DNA of 63,824 bases from a virus (lineage: Duplodnaviria; Caudoviricetes), in IMG/VR virus record IMGVR_UViG_3300048061_000822, positions 1 to 63,824 of that record; one strand, 5' to 3'. The notes under the pieces were generated by a model. It saw only the letters and a list, made by a program, of their open reading frames with translations, made no database searches and was not told the origin of the DNA. This document shows, piece by piece, positions 48,401-57,400 of the stretch; position 1 is the stretch's first letter, and the number at the start of each line of letters is the position of its first letter. Made by a program: the position numbers and the translations under genes.

Positions 48401-51400
48401 ATCCTGCATCTGTGCGACTTGTAGCTTTTGGATATTTATATTCTAGGAATTCTTCTTTAGCGGTATCTCCTTTTTCTTGATATATAATCTGTTGCCTTCT
48501 TAATTCACTTATAAGTTCATTAGGCATCATTGGGAAAGATGGATTGTCATCGACTGGACGCTGGCCTGCTCGACCATCCCCTGCAAGACCACTAGTATTA
48601 AAGTCTGCCTTGGCAATATCCAATGCGAGTGCAGCTTCTTCTTGACGTTTATTTCTTTGCTCAATTTTCGCAGCTTTCTTGTTTGGAAGACCACTTATAT
48701 CAATTATGTCTTGCAGTTCTTGAATTTCTGTTTCCTTGGCTTCAATTGCATTAAGTCTTGCGCTAAGTGTGTTAAAAACAACATTCGCTCTTTTTACAAG
48801 ATTAGCTACAGAGAGAACATCTATCGTGCGACCTTTGACTATATGCCCATCTTCTTTAATCTGCCTTATTTGTCCGGGATAAAAATGTGCTACTGATTCT
48901 TGTCCATTTATTCGTACAATATACAAATTTGTTCCAGCTAGAGTGGGGTCAATTTTACCTGGATTATCAAACGAACCTTTCTGAACACCTGTGGATCGGT
49001 ATGGAAGAAGTCTCCATGGTCCTTCATTTGGAGTAATCTTCCCCTCTTCAATGTATGAAAAAGGATTTTTGTATTCGGTAACTGGACTTATCCCATCCTT
49101 AATTGAACCTTCCGATGCAAGGGTTAGGTCTTTGTTTGTTAGTGGTCTTGTGAGTTCCCATGCAACATAGCCCATTTCATCAACAAATGCTATATCACCA
49201 ACTTTATACTCTTTAGAAGAGTCCCACTCGTTGGTCTTTTTGTACCCTTCAGTAAATCCGAAGTATCCGCCAAATCTTTCATAAATATCTTTCTGCATTC
49301 TCTGCTTGGCGTCAGACTGTAGCTCAGATAACACAAATGATTTTACGCCATTAAATGTCCTCTCGTATCCTCTTATCCATGAATTCACTTTATGCGCCAT
49401 TGGCTCAATTTCGTCACCTAACCAATCAGTCGTTCCGACCGTCATTACTTCATCATGGAAGTGAGTGGGGATACTTGCATTTTTTTCCACTGTGAAAACA
49501 TCCCTATCCCTCTGTAGCTGTTCAATTTCCTGATCAGTGGCGAATTGAATATCTCTTACTTCTGCTAAGTTAGGTTGGAATATTTTTATTAATCTCCCCT
49601 GCTCACGAAAACCGTACTCGGTAGCTGTACGAACCTCGGTTTTGAATTTAAATTTCTTAAGCAATGATTCATATCTGCTAAATTTATCTTCACTGTGTGT
49701 GCCTACATATAAATCCCCATACTTAGCTGAGAGAGACTTTACAATATTTGCCATCTCTACAGCCACACGCATACCCTCAAGCCCACTGAGTTGACTTTCA
49801 ACTTTTCGGGTTTGTGATGAAATATCCCCTGCAAATTCCCCAACCTGTTGAAGTCCGAGTTGATACTTTCCTTTTAATGGAGCACGCTGATTATTAATTG
49901 TATATGTACTTGGGTCAGTTGCTTGCACCATAAAGATATGGTATTTATCTCTAATGAGGTAAGATTTTATAAGTCTGTACCCTTGTTGCTCTAATGACTC
50001 CACTTGCTCTTCGGGCAGTCTGTCACCAAGTATTCTTCTTCCTTCACCAGGTATGGTACTCCCCTGCATGATTGGTAAAGAGTCAGCTTTTTGCGTAACA
50101 TCTGATAGTGAAATATCTTTTAATCCAGGGGCAAGCATGAGGATATTGACAGGGTCGCCATGCCTTTTATCAATGTGCTCTACTATTTCCTCCTTCATTT
50201 TAACCGGTAGGCTTCTTATGGTGTTTAATCCCTTCAAGCTTTCGAATCCGGTATTTAAATAACCGATGTGCGTATCACCCTTAAGTCTAAAAATTGGCTC
50301 TGAGATTGATGGGAGATTCCTAGTTGAACTTGAGTCAATAAAAATATCCCGCCATCGACTTCTACCCTGTTCTTCCATATCAACAAGGGTAGAGTCCAGG
50401 TAGCTGATTCTTCCAAGACCATCATATCCAAGATATAGACTAGTCAACCAATTAAACTCCACTCCACTTGGATTGTTAGGGTCTTTAACATCTAAGTCTA
50501 GCATAGAAAGTTTATTTGGAGCGGGTGTATTAGAGGCAGTCAGGGAAGTTCTAAAATTTACTAAAGCATTATCAAGAAGATTATCCCCAAAACTATCTAA
50601 TCTTGTAAGGATATGCCTTATTGACTTAGAAGGCAGAAAGTCTGGCTTTACCTCGAAGTATTCCTCTGAATTCTTTGCAATCTTATCAAGTTCTTGAAGT
50701 TCTTTTTCTATTTCTTCAGGCAACTGTAGTATTTTTTTCTGACCAGGTGTAAGACCAGCAGTTCCATTTGGGTTGGTCCTTTTTCCATTCACCACAAAAT
50801 TATCTACTGCTAATTCAACTAGTCTTGACGCAGGGACAGGGGTTACAAAATTAGGAAATCCATAACTGGAGCCAGCAAATTTCTTCTCATTTGTTTCTGT
50901 TACCGACCTTTCGGAGTTAAGGTATACAGATTGAATATCTTTAGGGTCTACTTTTTCCAATGACGCAATTATTCTTAACACTTTAATGACTTGATTGACA
51001 TCATCATCAGCTCCTTCTACTAGATCGACATCTCTTGGGTCTAGCGTGATTTGTTCTGTGGAATTGTATGTTCCTGTCTGTCGACTGGTGGGGCCATATA
51101 TCCTTTTTTTGGTGTAGCGAATAGTTACCGAAAAAACACTGCCATCGCCTTGCCTCTTGGTGCTAATGACTTTACCCTCTTTAAAATTGGTTGATTCTGG
51201 GTCCTTAAATGTAACTCTAGAACCAATGACATATGAAGCGCTAGACAAAGAAGAAAAGAAATCACTTGAAGCAGGAAGCGCTTGCTTTATAATTTCCTTC
51301 AATTCCTCGATGGAGTTGGCATAGTGACTTTCCGGTAGTAGCTCAACTTGCCAAAACTCAAGTTCTTTCCTAGCTTCATAGCTTTTGCCTTTATTAAAAA

Positions 51401-54400
51401 CAAGCGTGCCAGTTGCCTGCTGTCTATCAATAGATTCAATTTCTGCAACTGCACCAATGTAGCCTACAGCGGAATCTCCTTCGTCCAATACACGAACCTT
51501 TTGTCCGGGTAGAAATTGGGTCTTTTTCAAAGTGTCAGGCACTCCATCAGGGTACATCAATCTAGCAGCACTTAGAATCTCTTCATCAGTTACATTTTTT
51601 TCCTGTTCTTGAATTCTCTGTATCGCCCTAAATCTATCCTTGTAGAAGTCTTTAATTTTACTATTAGTGAATCTTACCGCATCCGATAGTTTATTCATAC
51701 TACCAACTGCTTGAACTGCCTTATTGAACTTCTCTCTAAATTTCTTTGTTTCCTCTGCGCTTGGTTCAATTATTTCATGGGTAAAATCCCCAACCTTTGT
51801 TTTGCCTAAGGTTTCCCCCATTTGTACAGCAGTGTAAAACCTTGCAAGTTTTCTTTTTTGTCCAGGGGTTGCAAGTTCATAGGGCATTATTGTACCCGCT
51901 ATAAATACAGTGGGGTCATCTGTTTTAAATCCATAATCTATCCCGAAGGGAACTGGTTTTGAAAATATATTATCTAACTTTGCCTTATTGTCATCGGATA
52001 ATCTTCTTACTATATCATCCCTACTCAAGGATGGGTCAAGAGACATTCCCTGCCCAGTAAATCTCGTTACCTTTTCTCTTGTATTAAATCTACTAAAGTC
52101 ATGAGACCCGACATACTCAGCAGTGCGCACGCCGTCATCTCCTTGGTATACTACATTATTCGAAACAATGGGCACTTGGTTAGCGGCATTAGCAATCTTC
52201 CTGAGCATGGGTAGGTTAATCTTTCTATCCCCAATCTCATCTAATAAACTACCAATGGTTACCTTTAACTCATTTGCGGATACTCCTTCATCAATTAATA
52301 TCTTCTTCCACCTCTTTCCGGTTGCCTCTTTGGGTAATGCTTTTGGTTTAGCGAATCCTTTTAATTGATTTTCAATTGCTCCTTTTTGTTTTAAAAGTGC
52401 AACCTTGCCCTCAGTGTCATTCTTCTTGTCTCCGTTAAAATACTCGGGAAGTTCTTTCTTTATTTGATTTAACTCCTGCCTTAGCTGAATTTCTTCCTGA
52501 CTCTGTGTTGTCTCCCCTTGTACCACATTTAATACCTTCTCCATTTGAGAATAGAATATAGGGGCAGGGTTATCTGCCATTGCAGCTAGTAGTTGATTTC
52601 TCTCTACTTCTTGTTGTGGAAGTAGTGACTGACTCTGCGCCTCTAATTGTTTAGACAATTCGAGAATAGATTCTAGAGCCGTGCCTTCAACATTAACTCC
52701 CATCAAACCGAGCAGTTTTGAATACGCAGAAATAAGTGCATCCATTAATGTGGAGATAAATCCCTTACCATTCTGATCTATTCTTTTCTTTAAACCGTCG
52801 TTTTCAAATTGTGTATTGGATAGAAATTTAGCGAAGTCTTTTCTTGTCCATGCATAATTTAATGTCTCACTTATTGCGCGACTGTCATTAGAGAAAAGAA
52901 AAGAGAACTCTCTTGCACCTGGTGCCTGCTTAATCTCACTTATGACATCTTTTATTAGGTCAATAGTTTTATTAATCTCAGGAGTTGCTTCACCATTCTC
53001 GTATGCTTTAAGTGGTGCCTCCATTGTACCATGCCATACCTCATGCAATACAACAGACATTAATACATTAGTTGTGGTGTCCTCCGTAAGGTCTAATGGT
53101 AACTCTTCGCCTTTTAAATCATACTTCCCTGCGTAGAATTGCCTGTTAATTATTACGAGGTTATTTAAATAACTACCTCTTACTATTTGACCGGGGGCAG
53201 ATGAGATTTCATCCACAACTTGTATGCTCAAGTTATCGCTATTATTAAGTGCGTTTTCTAGGACATCGATATAGCGAGAAATAAATTCTTTTGCCTCTGG
53301 GCTTTTACCAGTGTTCTCAATGTATCTTTTTATTTTTTCTAATACTACAGGGGCAAATATATTACCTCCTATTATCTCTTCAATTGCTCTATCGTTAAGT
53401 GCTTCCTGACCTTCGGGTAGTAAGATTTGTTGTTCATAATTAACCCCCCTCTTGAAAGACTGAGCAATATTGTATGCATCTGAATTTTCTGCATTTGAAT
53501 AATAAGGAGTGGATCCGATATAACGGTCTGCCATCTGCCTAACTTGTTCCTGTCCAGGAGCACTAACGCCTACACTATTATCTGCCTGTGCTTCAACTTC
53601 ATTTGCTTCAACATTAGAAATTGGAATTAAAAACTGTCTTCCATTTAATGCAGGGTATGCATTTTTTATTCTTGTTACACCAAGTTGCTTGAATGCATCT
53701 AGTAGTACTGCATCAAGAATTTTAATAAAGTCAGATGGGTTTTTTACATTATTTTCTATAAATACATCCTCAATTGCCCCTTCAATATTCTTTCTGTTTG
53801 ATGACTCAACATCAACACGCTCAATTGCATCTCCAATAAAACCACCAATTTCGTTTACATCAAGAATACGGGCAAGCGTCATCGCAATCTCCCCCCTTGT
53901 GTCAGCTATATCGTTTGGAGATGCAGCTAATTTAAACACCAATGTAGCAAGTTCTGTTGCGTCATCCTTTGAATACTCAGCATCAGAAAGCACACCTTTA
54001 ATTATAGATTCAGTATTATCCTTAATGGTAATTGATTTATCATTAAAGTGGGATGCTATAGCTTCCCATCCTGACTTACTCTTTTCAGAATTACCCGTGG
54101 CAGATAAGTTTGATTTTTCAAGTTCCGATAAAATAGTCTGACTGCCCGACCATTGCAACCAATCGAAAAATACACCTGTCGCCCCATCAACTCCTCCATC
54201 TATTTGAATGAATTGCTCATTTGTCCTGATTGCATTTACCACCTCGAATATAATTCGATTAGCATCAGTTGCTTTCTCGAGTTCAATTCCAAGTTTTTCA
54301 AAAGGTTGCATGGGCAATGTTGGCAAAGATTTATCCGCAACTTGCCTATCTGTTAAACCCTGTAAGTTTTTCTTAGAGAACTCATGTAATATTCTTATCT

Positions 54401-57400
54401 GTTCGCTTGTAGCCCACTCTGCGGTTGGAACACTACTTAAACTATATTGCTTATTCCTGCGTTCATCTCGCTCTAGTATTTCAGCAGGGGTCAATTCAGC
54501 ACTAGGCAAAGTTTCTGTAATCGGTACAGATTCTCCCTCTGGACTATTACTTGTTCTTACGAAGTTTTGCCTGTCGCTCTCAATCCCAAGTCCAAATTCT
54601 GTATTTAATATAACTTGGAAAGCATGTGCAAAGTCTGACGCATTCTTTGGCCCAACTCCTTTAATTGCTTTTTGGATTATATCGATATCTGATTTAGCGA
54701 TATCAAGATTTTCTTTTGGAAATTTTTCTTGAGTGGCGTTCGAAATAAATTTATCAGCAAGCTTTTTACCTTCATGGGTTTTTGATAAATCCTCGATAAC
54801 TGAGAAAGTATCTAAACTTGCCAACCCACCCTTAATTACAGAGAAGTGCTTATCAAATGCTTGAAGGGGAGATTCATGGTCACCAAAAACAATAGTTTCT
54901 CTACTCTCTAGTTTGCTCTTTAATTTCTTCTGCTCTCTAGTTTGAACTATGGATTCTTCTAGCTCTACCTTTTCAAAACTGTCCAACCATTTATTATACT
55001 CAGCTTCATTGTCGAAGTTTTGCCTAAATATACCAGGATGCCCTGAAAATGATATTGCTCCATAGTATTCAAATTCTGCGGGTAGTTTACCGAAAGGCAT
55101 TTTTTTTGCATCTTCTTCAAGGCTCACCTCTCCATCTCGCTTCTTAGAGAAAAATTCCGATACTTCAGAACCTTTAATTGTTCGAGCAAATAATCGACCG
55201 GACAATTTATGCCTTATTACAATTACATTATTTGATTGCCTTGCATTACCTTTCGCAATTTTAGGAAGTTCTCTTTTTGCCTCCTTCTTTTTTCCTAAAT
55301 CAGCGTCCCTTACTTTTGGCTTTCCCGAGAACACCCTAGAGTCACTTAACCTTATATGGTCCTGTTCAGTTGGTAATAGTAAGCTGGTGGGGGATGCACC
55401 TCCATAGTTATAATTCCCTTCAGATTTTACTAGTATTTCTATGTTCTGAAACTTAGTTTCCTTTAAGAAAAACCGTAAGACAACTCCATCAAACCTAACC
55501 TTTAGTTTTTGATTACTTGGGGTTATTATTTTGGTTATATTCTGTAAATTGTTTTGCGGTAAAACTTTACCTAATAAAAAGAAGTCAGATATTTCGTTAG
55601 GCTTTTTCCCATTTAATAAAGTTGAACCTCTTTTGTTTTTTCTGAAAACACCCTCATCACTTACAATATATGTTGTGTCATCAATAATGTATTCCCCATT
55701 CTCAATCGCAGGAATCTCTTCTAATGTAGAGCCGTCTATTTCTTCTACAACTTCTTCTACAACTTCTTCTACAACTTCTTCTACGACTTCCTTTTCGGGC
55801 TTTCTTAAAATACTATCAATCTTAGATTGGTCAGAAGTTGCTTCACTAACTACCCTATTAAGATTATCAATATCATCCACATAATCTTCATAGCTTTTAT
55901 AATTCCTTAGCCTCCCTGTGCCTCCACCTTGTTGGATGATAATATTTGCTTTTATTTTTTCATCATCATTAAAAGCATTAAACTGTTCTTCTGATACAGG
56001 ACTTATAGTAAGTTCTCGTCCTTCGTTTTTGGCATTAGCTACTGCATTAATAGCATTATCAACCCTAGTTATATCAGTCTCTTTTCCTGTGGATACTAGA
56101 AATTTATTAGATGGAGTCTTAGCAATACTGGCGATTCGATCGAGTTTCTTCTTTTCTGCGTCCTCCTTTTTGTTTTCTTCTGCCTGTACCTTAGCTTCCT
56201 CAGAAGCATTTTTTGTTTCTTCTACAGTTTGTTCATACTTAATATCCCCTCTGGACTTATAACTTTCTCCAAGCTTTTTCTTTATCCCTTCCTTGAATGC
56301 ATCAACAAGTACTTGATTGGATGGTTGGTCACCCGGTGCATAAAACTCCTGTTTCCAATTATCATATGCATTTTTAAATCCAACTGGATCTATTCTCTTT
56401 AATTTATTTGGGGTTATTTCAGAAATCCTAAGGTCTTCATTCTGTAAGTATTCGCCTAAATATTCTAATGCCCTAAGTTCAGGCAGTGGAATATCATTCT
56501 CTTTTTGATTTCTAAGGTCTTCCTTTTCTTTTAATTGTTCCTCCCGTGTCTGATTTTTACTTTCAGGGGAGGTTTGCTTCTCTTCTTCCTGTGCCTGTTT
56601 TTGCTCTTCCCTAAATGTATCAACAGGATTTTCTTCGGTGGATTGCTGAAACTCTTCCCTAGCCTGTTTTATTGCCTCAGTAGGATTTTCCCCCTCTGCT
56701 ATTAATTGTTTTGCCCGATCTGCTATATATAAGTCTTTTTTACCCCCGTCTGGCGTGCGAAAAAGCTCTCCTGAAAGTGCATTACCGAGAGCAAACTCAA
56801 GCCCTCCTTCAAAGTCTCCCGACTCAAAGATATCCTTGATTTTTGGACTTAAAAGATTACCACTTGATCCGGTTTTTTTACTTGGGTCTTTTTTATCAAA
56901 GAAAAATTCTCGGACGTACTCTTTTATTTTTCCGTCAACTAACTTTACAACTAAATCAACAGGAAGACCGTCTCTGTCATAGACTCTGAATCTAGACCGC
57001 TGAATATTTATTTTGGTTCCGTCTTTTTTGGTTAGTTCCCTTGTGGTGGTTTCCCACTCCGACCCTTGCGGTTGTGGCCCTTGTGGTTCTACTTTTGGGG
57101 TGGTGGTTTCTGTAGTTTCTTCTTCTACCACTGCACTTAATGCACGAGCAGGGCCAACATTAATAACCTCAAATCTTTCAAGTTCAGGATTACGCTGAAC
57201 TTTAATTAATGCATCATCTCCCCGTAGTCCTGCAAATTCACCAACCGTGTTATCTCCAGTTCTGACTTTTTGTCCGATATCAAATGTTTTTATAGGAGTT
57301 AATTCATCAACTGCATCTTGCTTGGCTTTAACTTTATCTGATTCTGCCTTAATTATATTCTTAAGTTCCTGATCAAATTTCTCTTCTTTTTCTATTTCTG

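Noticed and set aside
55739-55790. Tandem repeat as a regulatory or phase-variable element
   Set aside because: In-frame 12-bp unit encoding an EEVV linker; copy-number change keeps the frame
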